DNA of 64,000 nt from an uncultured Clostridia bacterium (GCA_964406735.1 CAYOSU010000001.1:109924-173923), one strand, 5' to 3'. Positions 38,589 to 47,917 are shown, counted from the first letter of the stretch. Numbers and translations are program-made. The notes: generated by a model from the sequence alone, not told the origin.

Positions 38589-38601
38589 AGGAGGGAGACT
38601 G

Positions 38602-39255
38602 ATGAAAGCAAAAGACGTAATGCTTAACGGGCTTATAAGGCAAAACCCCGTATTAAGGCTCGTGCTCGGAACTTGCTCCGTGTTGGCACTCTCTTCTAAG
38701 GCGATAAACGGCATCGGCATGGGTGTTGCGGTAACCTTCGTTCTTATCATGAGCAACATGATAATCTCGCTCCTTAGGAATATAATTCCCGACAGAGTAA
38801 GGATACCGGCGTTCATCATGGTCATTGCGACATTCGTAACGATAGTCAAGATGTTGCTTAATTACTTGGCAGTCCAGAGCGAGTTATTCTTAGAAATATA
38901 TAACGCAATGGGCGTGTTCCTGCCGCTTATCGTAGTAAACTGCATCATACTTGCAAGAGCAGAGAGCTTTGCAAGCCAGAACGGCGTCCTTATTTCCGCA
39001 TTGGACGGACTTTTCATGGGACTTGGCTATACGCTCGTTTTGACGCTTATGGGCATTATACGAGAGTTTTTGGGCTATGGTAGCGTGTTCGGCTTAAAGA
39101 TATGGGACTTCTCGATAGGCTTTTTCTCGACAAACGCAGGTGCGTTCTTAACTTACGGCTTGTTCATCGGAATATTCGGTTACGTCGTAACGAAGATAGA
39201 GAAAAACAACGAGATAAAGCTGAGAAAACAGAAAGACGCAAAGGAGGAGAAATAA
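38602..39255 (+). CDS. rnfE: Rnf complex subunit E
   Basis: 217 aa, NqrD/RnfE-like (LVLGTCSVLA, NCIILARAE). Confidence 0.9.
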   Translation: MKAKDVMLNGLIRQNPVLRLVLGTCSVLALSSKAINGIGMGVAVTFVLIMSNMIISLLRNIIPDRVRIPAFIMVIATFVTIVKMLLNYLAVQSELFLEIYNAMGVFLPLIVVNCIILARAESFASQNGVLISALDGLFMGLGYTLVLTLMGIIREFLGYGSVFGLKIWDFSIGFFSTNAGAFLTYGLFIGIFGYVVTKIEKNNEIKLRKQKDAKEEK

Positions 39256-39843
39256 ATGACGTTCGCTTCAATAATTGCGCTGTTCGTCGCAGGATTGTTC
39301 GTCAATAACTACATCGTCGTTCAGTTCCTCGGTATCTGCCCGTTCTTGGGGCTTTCCAAAAAGATAGACTCGGCGCTCGGCATGGGCGTTGCGGTAACCT
39401 TCGTTATGGTAATAACATCGCTCGTTACCTATCCGATATATAATTATATAATGGTCCCTCTCGGGATAGAGTACCTTGAGATAATCGTATTTATCTTCGT
39501 TATTGCGGCGTTGGTACAGATACTTGAGATGGTAATAAAAAAGATAAGCCCCTCGCTTTATACGACAATGGGTGTATACCTCCCCCTGATAACGACAAAC
39601 TGTGCTATCTTGGGCGTTGCGGAGCTTAACTTAACGTCCTCGCTCGTAACGGGCGTTGCGGGAGCGTTCTTCAACGGACTGTTCTCGGGACTTGGCTTTA
39701 CTCTCGCAATAGTGCTTTTAGCAGGACTTCGCGAAAAGGTAGATAATCTTCCCGTTGCGAAGAGCTTAAAGGGCTTTCCCATAACGATGGTAGTTGCGTG
39801 CCTTATGGCGATGGCGTTTTACGTTTTCTCGTTCATAGCGTAA
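39256..39843 (+). CDS. rnfA: Rnf complex subunit A
   Basis: 195 aa, NqrE/RnfA-like (LGICPFLG, TTNCAILG). Confidence 0.9.
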   Translation: MTFASIIALFVAGLFVNNYIVVQFLGICPFLGLSKKIDSALGMGVAVTFVMVITSLVTYPIYNYIMVPLGIEYLEIIVFIFVIAALVQILEMVIKKISPSLYTTMGVYLPLITTNCAILGVAELNLTSSLVTGVAGAFFNGLFSGLGFTLAIVLLAGLREKVDNLPVAKSLKGFPITMVVACLMAMAFYVFSFIA

Positions 39844-39853
39844 GGAGGAAAAT

Positions 39854-40681
39854 ATGCAGGTATTAATGAGAGAAATATCCTGGGGCAGCATTGGTCTTGC
39901 CGTTGCGATAATGGCGGTTTTAGCACTGCTTTTCGCCGTTATAATAGTGGTCGTGGCAAAGTATATGACCGTTGACGACGATAACGAAAAGCTGTCCGAT
40001 GTCAGGAATTTATTGGCAGGCGCAAACTGCGGCGGATGCGGAAAGGCAGGCTGTGACGATTTCGCAAGGGCACTTTGCGAAGGATGCGCTGATCTTTCGA
40101 TGTGTAATCCCACCTCGAATGCAAATAAGGAGAAGATCGCTGAGATATTGCAGATAGATTTTGCGGCAGGCGGAGATAAAATAGCCGTCGTTGAGTGCGT
40201 CGGCGGAAACGAGTGCATCGACAAGTTCGATTACCACGGCTTTGGCGACTGCGTCAACCAGAATATGCTGGCCGGCGGCAGAAAAATGTGCGAAACGGGC
40301 TGTATGGGTAGCGGAACGTGCGTTTCGACTTGCCCCGAAAAGGCACTGTATCTCAAAAACGGCAGAGCGGTCGCGGATAAGTATTTGTGCGTAGCGTGCG
40401 GTGCGTGCGTAGCCTCGTGCCCTAAAAAGCTTATAAAGCTCATCCCTTCAAACGCCAAGGTATATATCGGATGCTCGTCTCATTGCAGAGGCAAGGACGT
40501 CATGGAGGTATGCAAAAAGGGTTGTATCGGTTGCGGACTTTGCGCAAAGAACTGCTCTGAGGGGGCGATAACCATGGTCGATAACCTTCCCGTTATCGAC
40601 TACGAAAAATGCAACGGCTGTAAGACGTGCGTTGCGAGGTGCCCGAGAAAGTGCATCGTTGACAGAGATGTTCAAATATAG
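39854..40681 (+). CDS. rnfB: Rnf complex subunit B (polyferredoxin)
   Basis: 275 aa with an N-terminal TM, CGGCGKAGC, and several CxxCxxCxxxCP ferredoxin motifs. Confidence 0.9.
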   Translation: MQVLMREISWGSIGLAVAIMAVLALLFAVIIVVVAKYMTVDDDNEKLSDVRNLLAGANCGGCGKAGCDDFARALCEGCADLSMCNPTSNANKEKIAEILQIDFAAGGDKIAVVECVGGNECIDKFDYHGFGDCVNQNMLAGGRKMCETGCMGSGTCVSTCPEKALYLKNGRAVADKYLCVACGACVASCPKKLIKLIPSNAKVYIGCSSHCRGKDVMEVCKKGCIGCGLCAKNCSEGAITMVDNLPVIDYEKCNGCKTCVARCPRKCIVDRDVQI

Positions 40682-40688
40682 TATAATT

Positions 40689-40715
40689 TGCCCGAAGATA
40701 TCTTCGGGCATTTTT
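40689..40715 (+). terminator. Intrinsic terminator of the rnf operon
   Basis: TGCCCGAAGA-TA-TCTTCGGGCA followed by T5. Confidence 0.85.
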
Positions 40716-40735
40716 AATACTAATAAGAGGCGAAA

Positions 40736-40936
40736 ATGGAAAAAGCAAAGATAGACAGAATAAACGAGCTTGCAAGAAAGAAAAGATCGTGTGTACTTAC
40801 GGACGAGGAGACGAAAGAGCAAGCAGAGCTTAGAAAAGAGTATATAAAGGAGTGGAGAAAGGGCGTTGAACAAACGCTCGACAATACTTATATCGTAGAC
40901 AAGGACGGCAACAAGAGAAAGCTTGAAAAGAAATAG
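40736..40936 (+). CDS. DUF896 (UPF0291, YnzC-like) small protein
   Basis: 66 aa with IDRINELARKKR...LTDEETKEQAELRKEYI typical of the family. Confidence 0.7.
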   Translation: MEKAKIDRINELARKKRSCVLTDEETKEQAELRKEYIKEWRKGVEQTLDNTYIVDKDGNKRKLEKK

Positions 40937-40959
40937 AGCGTTCAATAAGAGGTAAAAAT

Positions 40960-41913
40960 ATGAACTTAAAGGAACTAAAGATAAAAAAGGTGAGAAAAGG
41001 CACCGTTGCGTACTACGTATTAAGCGTACTCGTTGCGGCTGCGCTTCTTGCGGTGGTATTCTTCCGCAAGGCGATATTTCTCCCTGAGTCGATATTTTAT
41101 ACGCTGTACGATAAAGAAATGGCTGACGAGATGCTCGTCATTTTGATCAAAACGGGCGTGGTTCTGGTCGTTGTTCACGGCTTATGCTCGATAGCAAAGC
41201 TTCTCACTGTGGTAGGCGCAAGAACTAACGACAACAAGAAAAAGACGTGGCTGTACCTTCTCGGCAGTGTAGTGAAATATCTCAGCATCATCGTTGGCGT
41301 TTTGACGTTCTTAGGGATAGTCGGCGTAGATACGACCGCTCTCGTTACGGGCGCAGGAGTGCTTACTCTTATCGTCGGTCTCGGCTGTCAATCACTTGTT
41401 TCCGATATAGTCGCAGGGATGTTCATCATGCTCGAGGGTAACTTCGAGATAGGCGATATAATAGTTGTCGACGGCTTCAGAGGCACGGTCCAACAGATAG
41501 GTCTCAGAACAACGAGCATTATGGACGGGCTTGGCAACGTCAAGACGATAAACAACAGCCACTTGGTAGATGTAATCAACAATTCTCGTGCGCTTTCCGT
41601 TGCGGCGTGCGTCATAGGCATAGAGTACGGCGAGAGTATCGAGCGTGTCGAAAAGGCGATAAACGACGGCTTAGAGGGTATTAAAGAGAGGATCCCTACG
41701 ATAGTCGAAGGACCTACCTATCAGGGCGTATACGAGCTCGGTGCGTCGAGCGTCAATATAAAGGTAGTTGCGAAGTGCAAGGAATCGGACAGATACTCTA
41801 CCGAGCTTGCTCTCAACCGCGAAATGAAGCTTTTGTTTGATAGGAACGGAATAAATATACCGTATAATCAGGTGGTCGTAAGCTATAAGGAAGAAGAGAA
41901 TGGACGCAAATAA
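40960..41913 (+). CDS. mscS: Small-conductance mechanosensitive channel (MscS family)
   Basis: 317 aa with three N-terminal TM segments, then the MscS beta-domain GDIIVVDGFRGTVQQIGLRTTSI. Confidence 0.8.
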   Translation: MNLKELKIKKVRKGTVAYYVLSVLVAAALLAVVFFRKAIFLPESIFYTLYDKEMADEMLVILIKTGVVLVVVHGLCSIAKLLTVVGARTNDNKKKTWLYLLGSVVKYLSIIVGVLTFLGIVGVDTTALVTGAGVLTLIVGLGCQSLVSDIVAGMFIMLEGNFEIGDIIVVDGFRGTVQQIGLRTTSIMDGLGNVKTINNSHLVDVINNSRALSVAACVIGIEYGESIERVEKAINDGLEGIKERIPTIVEGPTYQGVYELGASSVNIKVVAKCKESDRYSTELALNREMKLLFDRNGINIPYNQVVVSYKEEENGRK

Positions 41914-42877
41914 AAACGGCTCGGTCGTAAGAATAGACCTAAGAACGCTTGGACTTGGCAAAAGCAAAAGAGTCGGAACGGAGATTAAGCTAAATAAAAC
42001 TTTTTCGTGGGGCGATAACGATTGGACCGTCCCATCGGCGTTTATGTTCTCAAAAGGAATCGTTTTGGACGTTTTTGCCAAAATAGACAGCGATGTAGCC
42101 AAGAAATTTGTAGAAAAATGGGAATGGTTGGAGTCGTCTGAGGAAGCAACTGAAGAAGATATAAGAAAAGCGCAAAGAGAAAATCCCTTTGCGTTCGATT
42201 TTGATTGCGAACTGATATTAAACGGCGTTGCGTTGAGTCAAAATGTGTCGATAGGCGACGTTTTGGTCGGATTCAAAGAAAACGGCGATTCTGAGGAACT
42301 CATCGAACTGTTGACCAAATACGGCATTCCAAGGAATGAAAGCTATATATTCCGTAGAATAAGCTTTTTATACGCAACAAATAGAAAGCCTGGCATCAAA
42401 AACATTAGCCTCAAGCTTTCGCAACGTCCGATAAACTTTGAAAGCGACGGCTTTTGCGTAAGAAAAGCAGGCGACAGAGTAGAAATTGTTGACCCGCATA
42501 CGGGAGAAAGATACGCTTTAACAGCGATAGCCGTAGAAAACGAGCGAATGATCATGAATTGCGAGGACGGAATGAAAATGCCGCCGTACGTAACTCATAT
42601 GTCGTATGCCGTTTTCCCTGAAATACCTGAAAGCCAATGCCGCATAGTAGACGTCAGACAAAGTGACGCAGTGAAGTTTGGTGAAGATGACGCTTGCGGA
42701 GCGATAGGTATCATCGGCGGCGCTGACGGGCCTACGGCGATATTCATCGGTGCAAAAGACAGACCTGAATTCAGGGTGGCTTTCTCTGCAATGACCTATG
42801 AGCCGCAGGAGACCGTAACATGGAAGGCGATATTCAGCCACAAGACTCTTCCCGATATAGAGATGACTTTGGTGTAA
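41900..42877 (+). CDS. Hypothetical protein (no motif recognised)
   Basis: 325 aa. The ATG overlaps the end of mscS by 14 nt, and codon usage resembles the neighbours. Confidence 0.55.
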   Translation: MDANKNGSVVRIDLRTLGLGKSKRVGTEIKLNKTFSWGDNDWTVPSAFMFSKGIVLDVFAKIDSDVAKKFVEKWEWLESSEEATEEDIRKAQRENPFAFDFDCELILNGVALSQNVSIGDVLVGFKENGDSEELIELLTKYGIPRNESYIFRRISFLYATNRKPGIKNISLKLSQRPINFESDGFCVRKAGDRVEIVDPHTGERYALTAIAVENERMIMNCEDGMKMPPYVTHMSYAVFPEIPESQCRIVDVRQSDAVKFGEDDACGAIGIIGGADGPTAIFIGAKDRPEFRVAFSAMTYEPQETVTWKAIFSHKTLPDIEMTLV

Positions 42878-42890
42878 AAGGCGGTAGAGT

Positions 42891-43283
42891 ATGGAAATAA
42901 AAAATATCAGACCGCACCACTTGATGTGCATAGAGTTCTTCGTCGGAAAGGGGTATAGCGACGAGTTCACGGCGAATATGCACAAGGTGATAAAATATCT
43001 TACGACAGACCCTCTTTTGACCGTAACAGCTAAGGCGGACGGCATATGCACAAAATGCCCTAATATGATTGACGGAGCGTGTAAAACGCGCGATAAGGTC
43101 GATAGATACGATAAAGCGGTATTAGAATCTATCGGGGCTTTAGACGGAGATAGAGAAAAATATACCGAGCTTCGAAAAAAGGTTCGGGAAAAGATAATAT
43201 ATAGCGGCAAACGAGAAAGTATATGCGGCGATTGCGAGTGGAGCGAGCTTTGTAAAATAAAACCTTGCGATAAAACCGATTAA
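42891..43283 (+). CDS. DUF1284-family Cys-rich protein
   Basis: 130 aa with N-terminal RPHHLMCIEFFVGKGYS and the Cys motifs CTKCPN...C and CGDCEWSELC. Confidence 0.65.
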   Translation: MEIKNIRPHHLMCIEFFVGKGYSDEFTANMHKVIKYLTTDPLLTVTAKADGICTKCPNMIDGACKTRDKVDRYDKAVLESIGALDGDREKYTELRKKVREKIIYSGKRESICGDCEWSELCKIKPCDKTD

Positions 43284-43331
43284 AGCGATAAAACTTGTTG
43301 CTATGAGCCTATCAAAACATAATGATAAAAT

Positions 43332-43363
43332 AAAAAGGATAACGAACAATCGTTATCCTTTTT
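43332..43363. terminator. Bidirectional intrinsic terminator
   Basis: AAAAAGGATAACG-AACAAT-CGTTATCCTTTTT between convergent genes. Confidence 0.85.
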
Positions 43364-43375
43364 ATTTTTCAAATT

Positions 43376-43648
43376 TTATTCCTTAGCCGCTTCCTCTTCG
43401 TACGCTCTAAGTATCAACGCTTTGAGACTTTCTCTCGTTTCGGTGTTGATAGGATGTGCGATGTCCTTATACTCGCCGTCCGAGGTCTTTCTCGACGGCA
43501 TAGCGATAAAGCAACCGTCCGTGCCTTCGATGATCTTGATGTCGTGAACGACGAAGCTGTCGTCGATAGTGATAGAAGCGACTGCTTTGAGCTTGCTGTC
43601 GTCTTTCTTGACTGTACGGATCCTGATATCAGTGATGTTCATTCCCAT
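43376..43648 (-). CDS. spoVG: Septation/sporulation regulator SpoVG
   Basis: The translation [51 protein letters not shown] is the SpoVG fold signature. The start was chosen after AAGGGG. Confidence 0.9.
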   Translation of the reverse strand: MGMNITDIRIRTVKKDDSKLKAVASITIDDSFVVHDIKIIEGTDGCFIAMPSRKTSDGEYKDIAHPINTETRESLKALILRAYEEEAAKE

Positions 43649-43840
43649 AGTATAACCCCTTATCATATAAGTATACTTAAATAATACACCAGATTTTTTC
43701 TCATTTCAATACTTTTCGAAAAAAAAGTCTGGTAAAAGTGTAAAAAATATAGCGAAAATGCTGTTATATAAGGCAAGATATACGCTTTTGGCCCCATTTT
43801 CGTCATTCACGCAATACTTTTCAATGGCATATAATTTTTT

Positions 43841-45205
43841 ATGACGCAAAATGAGAATAAAAAGTCGATACATTTCGTAGGAATAGGTGGCGAGAGTATG
43901 TCTGCACTTGCAAAATATGCAAAAAGTGCGGGATACACCGTATCGGGATCGGATAAATGCCGCTCGCAAAACATAAAAAACCTAAAAAGGCTTGGCATAA
44001 AAGTCAACGTGCCGCACGAAGAAAGCGCAGTGCTGGGCAAAGACTTGGTGATAAAAAGCCTTGCGGTGTCGGACGATAACGCAGAGATAATAAGGGCAAA
44101 GCTGTTAGCCATTCCCGTCTTGACTCGAGGCGAGTTTTTGGGTGTTATTTCCAAACGCCATAAATATACTGTAGCCGTAGCAGGAAGCCACGGCAAGAGT
44201 ACGACTGCGGCGATGACGGCAAAGCTACTGCTTGACTTCGGACTTGACCCTGCCGTTCATATCGGCGCAGATTTCCCGTATATAGGCGGCAATGTCAGAT
44301 ACTCCGAAAGCCCATATTTTATCACCGAGGCGTGCGAATATAAGAAAGCATTCCTCTCCCTTTCACCGTTCATCACCGTAATAACGGGCATGGAGCTTGA
44401 CCACCCGGACTGCTATAAAAATGCCGATGAGCTGTACGCTGCGTATAAAGCGTTGGCAGAAAATACTAGGGGGATAGTATTGATTTCGCCGCTTGATAAG
44501 GGGAAAATTTGCGTCAAAAACGCCGTAACGGTGGGCGTCGATAAGTCGTCTTATTACGGCGCAGAAAATTTGAGCGGAAACGACGGCAAATTCAGCTTCG
44601 ATTTCAGACGTGAGGGGAAAATAGTCGGAGGGGTATTGCTAAGCTGCCTTGGCGTTATGAGCGTAAAGAACGCACTGTTTGCGCTTGCTGTATCTGATAT
44701 CGTCGGAGTACCTTTTTCATGCGCAAAACGGGCGATAGAGGGCTTTAACGGCATAACACGGCGGCAAGAAAGGCTGTTTGACGGCAAATATACCGTCTAC
44801 ACCGATTATTCTCACCACCCGACGCAGATAAAGAATATCGCATCGTGCTTTGCTAAAAGGAACGGACGGCTCATCGGCGTCTTTCAGCCGCATACGTATT
44901 CGAGAACGAAGGCGTATATGTCGGATTTTGTCGATAGCTTTGAGCTTTTTGATAAGATATATCTTCTGCCTACCTTTGCCGCACGGGAAGTGTACGACGA
45001 AGAAGGCTCTTCAAAAAGGCTTTTTGAGGAGATAAAAAACCGCAATAAGGAGTATGTTTTTGAAAATAGGATAATAGATCGCCTTTTGTCTGAACTTGCC
45101 GAAAACGACGTAGTGCTTTTTATGGGCGCAGGTGATATAGATAAACTCGCACAGGATTTTGCCAAAATCTTGAATAAATACGTTGCAAAAAGCGAGCGTT
45201 TGTGA
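43841..45205 (+). CDS. murC: UDP-N-acetylmuramate--L-alanine ligase
   Basis: 454 aa with HFVGIGGESMSALA and the ATP site AGSHGKSTT. Confidence 0.9.
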   Translation: MTQNENKKSIHFVGIGGESMSALAKYAKSAGYTVSGSDKCRSQNIKNLKRLGIKVNVPHEESAVLGKDLVIKSLAVSDDNAEIIRAKLLAIPVLTRGEFLGVISKRHKYTVAVAGSHGKSTTAAMTAKLLLDFGLDPAVHIGADFPYIGGNVRYSESPYFITEACEYKKAFLSLSPFITVITGMELDHPDCYKNADELYAAYKALAENTRGIVLISPLDKGKICVKNAVTVGVDKSSYYGAENLSGNDGKFSFDFRREGKIVGGVLLSCLGVMSVKNALFALAVSDIVGVPFSCAKRAIEGFNGITRRQERLFDGKYTVYTDYSHHPTQIKNIASCFAKRNGRLIGVFQPHTYSRTKAYMSDFVDSFELFDKIYLLPTFAAREVYDEEGSSKRLFEEIKNRNKEYVFENRIIDRLLSELAENDVVLFMGAGDIDKLAQDFAKILNKYVAKSERL

Positions 45206-45226
45206 TACACTTATAAAGTATTAAAT

Positions 45227-45301
45227 GCGAAAGTCGCAAAGTGGTATTGCAGCAGCTTCCCAAGCTGCCTCCCGCGGGTTCGATTCCCGTCTTTCGCTCC
45301 A
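45227..45301 (+). tRNA. tRNA-Gly (anticodon CCC), CCA encoded
   Basis: A hand-folded cloverleaf. The acceptor is GCGAAAG/CTTTCGC, the D arm GCAA-AGTGGTA-TTGC, and the anticodon arm GCAGC-TTCCCAA-GCTGC. The T arm is GCGGG-TTCGATT-CCCGT, followed by discriminator U and CCA. G1:C72, C2:G71, G3:C70 and U73 fit Gly identity. Confidence 0.9.
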
Positions 45302-45307
45302 AATGAT

Positions 45308-45331
45308 AAAAACGCCCGCTGGGCGTTTTTT
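45308..45331 (+). terminator. Intrinsic terminator after tRNA-Gly
   Basis: AAAAACGCCC-GCT-GGGCGTTTTT, a perfect 10-bp stem with a T-run. Confidence 0.8.
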
Positions 45332-45658
45332 CATTTTCGGCGAAAGACGGGAGAGGAAGAATCATACTTCAGTATCTTCGAAGAAAACGCCTTGGCGTTT
45401 TCCACGAGCCGCAGGCGAGTATTCCCGTCATAATAGCCCGCTGGGCGTTTTTTCATTTTCGGCTAAAGACGGGGAGAGGAAGAATCATACTTCAGTATCT
45501 TCGAAGAAAACGCCTTGGCGTTTTCCACGAGCCGCAGGCGAGTATTCCCGTCATAATAGCCCGCTGGGCGTTTTTTCATTTTCGGCTAAAGACGGGGAGA
45601 GGAAGAATCATACTTCAGTATCTTCGAAGAAAACGCCTTGGCGTTTTCCACGAGCCGC
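45314..45658 (+). repeat. Tandem direct repeat, 122/123-nt unit x 2.8 copies
   Basis: Copies lie at 45314-45435, 45436-45558 and 45559-45658 (truncated). Copies 2 and 3 are identical. Copy 1 differs by one G/T substitution and a 1-nt G indel. Confidence 0.95.
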
Positions 45659-46006
45659 CCTAAAAGTACGAAAACTCCCTGATGGGAGTCTTCGCATGGA
45701 TTCGAGAATCCGCCGTAGCGGATATGAGCAGCGGCATAAAAGCGATAAGCCGACTGTCATTCAAAAGTTGGGCATTCAAGAAGAATGTATATTTATTTTA
45801 ACATAAAGTCGAAAAATGTCAACTTTTTTCACGATAGTTTTCAAAAATAATTTATCAAATTATGAAAGTTTTTTAGCGACTGTCCAATATAATTCCCGCC
45901 TCGGCTAAAAATTGTCGAGTTGTGGACGTATTAATACCGCTTTTATTTGATAACATTTCCAAGTTGCATTAAAATAATTAAACAAAAATCGAATTTCATC
46001 TCATTT

Positions 46007-46036
46007 TCTTGCAAAAAATATTATTTTTCTGCAAGA
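46007..46036. promoter_or_regulatory. Imperfect 30-bp palindrome upstream of an extended -10 (TGCTATAAT, 46053-46061)
   Basis: TCTTGCAAAAAATATTATTTTTCTGCAAGA has arms TCTTGCA/TGCAAGA plus A/T runs. It lies over the -35 position of the SGNH gene promoter. Confidence 0.35.
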
Positions 46037-46089
46037 AAGTGTACTATATTTGTGCTATAATATTTCAAACTAGCGAAGGAGATAATAAT

Positions 46090-46872
46090 ATGCCTTGGTG
46101 GGGGATCGTGCTGATAGTAATCGGCAGTATAATCGGATTTTTGTTTTTATTCAGCTTTTTGACCTTTGCTTATTTCAAGATAAAAGGTTCAGGCGTATTC
46201 AAAAAGGGCAACGCAAAGGAATATTACGTTGAGAATACTGAAAGCGTAAAGTCAACTCTTACGGGCAAGACCTTTTACTTCCTCGGTTCTTCCGTAACCT
46301 ACGGAGCGGCGTCGGGCGGCGAAGCTATGGCAGAGTTTATTGCCAAAAAGCACGGCGCAGTCTGCGTTAAAGAAGCTATAAGCGGCACAACTTTTTCAAG
46401 ACAGAAAAAGAATTCGTATATCGATCGCGTGCATAATTTCGATACGACGAAAAAGCCCGATGCGTTCATATGCCAGCTTTCAACTAACGATGCGACGATG
46501 GCGGCTCTTCCCGAGACTAACCGTCACCATATAACGCTCGGCGAGATAACGGATAAGAAAGACGGCTTCGATGAATATACGACTTTCGGCGCAATGGAGG
46601 CTATCATCAAATACGTCAAGGATACTTGGGGCTGCCCGATATACTTCTATACGGGAAGCTATTATCCGTCCAAAACGTACGAGCAGATGAACGAGGCGTT
46701 GAAGACTCTTAAAGATAAGTGTGGAATAAATATCATCGACCTATATTACGACAAGGAGTTCAACAATATCGACAAGGAACTTTACAAGTTCTATATGAAC
46801 GACAAGATACATCCCACTCGTGCAGGCTACAAGCTTTGGTGGCTCAAAAAGTTCGAGGATGCCTTGAAGTAA
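46090..46872 (+). CDS. Membrane-anchored SGNH/GDSL-type hydrolase
   Basis: The start MPWWGIVLIVIGSIIGFLFLF follows GAAGGAG. Block I is FLGSSVTYG and block V is DKIHPTRAGY. Confidence 0.65.
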   Translation: MPWWGIVLIVIGSIIGFLFLFSFLTFAYFKIKGSGVFKKGNAKEYYVENTESVKSTLTGKTFYFLGSSVTYGAASGGEAMAEFIAKKHGAVCVKEAISGTTFSRQKKNSYIDRVHNFDTTKKPDAFICQLSTNDATMAALPETNRHHITLGEITDKKDGFDEYTTFGAMEAIIKYVKDTWGCPIYFYTGSYYPSKTYEQMNEALKTLKDKCGINIIDLYYDKEFNNIDKELYKFYMNDKIHPTRAGYKLWWLKKFEDALK

Positions 46873-46893
46873 AATTTTAATAAAAACGCAATG

Positions 46894-46920
46894 CGAGTCG
46901 GCTAAAAGCCGACTCGTTTT
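46894..46920 (+). terminator. Intrinsic terminator
   Basis: CGAGTCGGC-TAAAA-GCCGACTCG followed by TTTT. Confidence 0.8.
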
Positions 46921-47050
46921 CATTAACCTATTGAAAAGACGTAATAGATGTGATATGATACTATAAAAGGTTTGCTCTTTGCTTGTTAAATACAGCGGAG
47001 CACAAAGCCGCTATAACAAGTTGGCTTTTGCGTATCGGATAAGGAAATAT

Positions 47051-47917
47051 ATGTATAACAGATCGGACGAAACTAAATATGCTTTGAAAGCGAGAATTTT
47101 CTCAGCCGTTACGCTCGTAGGCTCGTTCGGTGTTGCGGTTGCGCTTATTTTGTCCGAGCTGATATTTGCAGAAATTTACGAGCTTTCGGAATGTCCGCTT
47201 TGGTATCGCATATTTTTGTACGTTTCCCTTGCGGTGTCGCTTGTAGGTACAGTCGGTTGTGCCGTGTTTAAGAAGACAAGGGATTATGAGCTTCAACGCA
47301 TATACCAAAAGGAGCAAGCGCTATCGATGACGCTTATGACTATAGGGCTTGTTATGATGCTCGTAGCTGCGTTTATAGAGGAGGAAAGCCGATATCTCGA
47401 CCTTGTAATATGTGTCGGCGGTGGTGTTGAGGCGATAGGTATGTTCTCGTTTTTCGGTGTCGCCATTGGCTTAGCAAGGAGCAAACGCAAGGTGCATTCA
47501 TACGTAGAGCTTATAACGGAGCTTTGCGATAAAAATCCCTTTTACGACTGCAAGCTCGCACCTCCCGCAACCGAAGAGGAACTGAAACGCTTAGAAAGAT
47601 ATTTGGGCGATACCGTTCCCGTAGACCTGCTTCGCTTTTATAACGAGGCAAACGGCGACGGATGTCTTATACTCGACATCGAAACGGCAATAAAGGAGAC
47701 CGAGCGATTAAGAAGTGAAGCAAGCGAGAATAGACCTTACCTCAAAGAGGCGTTTTGCTTTGCGAAAAACGACGTCGGCGATTATTTTTGCTACGTAGGA
47801 ATTGATGGACGCATTAAAAGCAGTGTGGTTTACGGAATAACGCACGATACGTTTGAGATATTCCCGATAGTACCATCGTTAACGGAACTTATATACGGCT
47901 ATTACGGGGAAGAATAG
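47051..47917 (+). CDS. Membrane protein with a C-terminal SMI1/KNR4 (SUKH) domain
   Basis: About four TM helices are followed by APPATEEELKRLERYLGDTVPVDLLRFYNEANGDG, which is typical of SMI1/KNR4. The start is uncertain: ATG 47051 after AAGGAAA, or TTG 46979. Confidence 0.55.
   Translation: MYNRSDETKYALKARIFSAVTLVGSFGVAVALILSELIFAEIYELSECPLWYRIFLYVSLAVSLVGTVGCAVFKKTRDYELQRIYQKEQALSMTLMTIGLVMMLVAAFIEEESRYLDLVICVGGGVEAIGMFSFFGVAIGLARSKRKVHSYVELITELCDKNPFYDCKLAPPATEEELKRLERYLGDTVPVDLLRFYNEANGDGCLILDIETAIKETERLRSEASENRPYLKEAFCFAKNDVGDYFCYVGIDGRIKSSVVYGITHDTFEIFPIVPSLTELIYGYYGEE

Noticed and set aside
42518-43210. 230-aa minus-strand ORF
   Set aside because: It is antisense to the hypothetical and DUF1284 genes, has no SD, and is low-complexity.
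45314-45658. Possible CRISPR array
   Set aside because: The units are contiguous with no unique spacers, the unit length is about 123 nt, and no cas genes are present. This is a plain tandem repeat.
45225-45806. 193-aa ORF with an internally repeated 41-aa peptide
   Set aside because: It starts inside tRNA-Gly and merely reads through the 123-nt (3 x 41) tandem repeat. It has no SD, and copy 1 is in a different frame because of the 1-nt indel.
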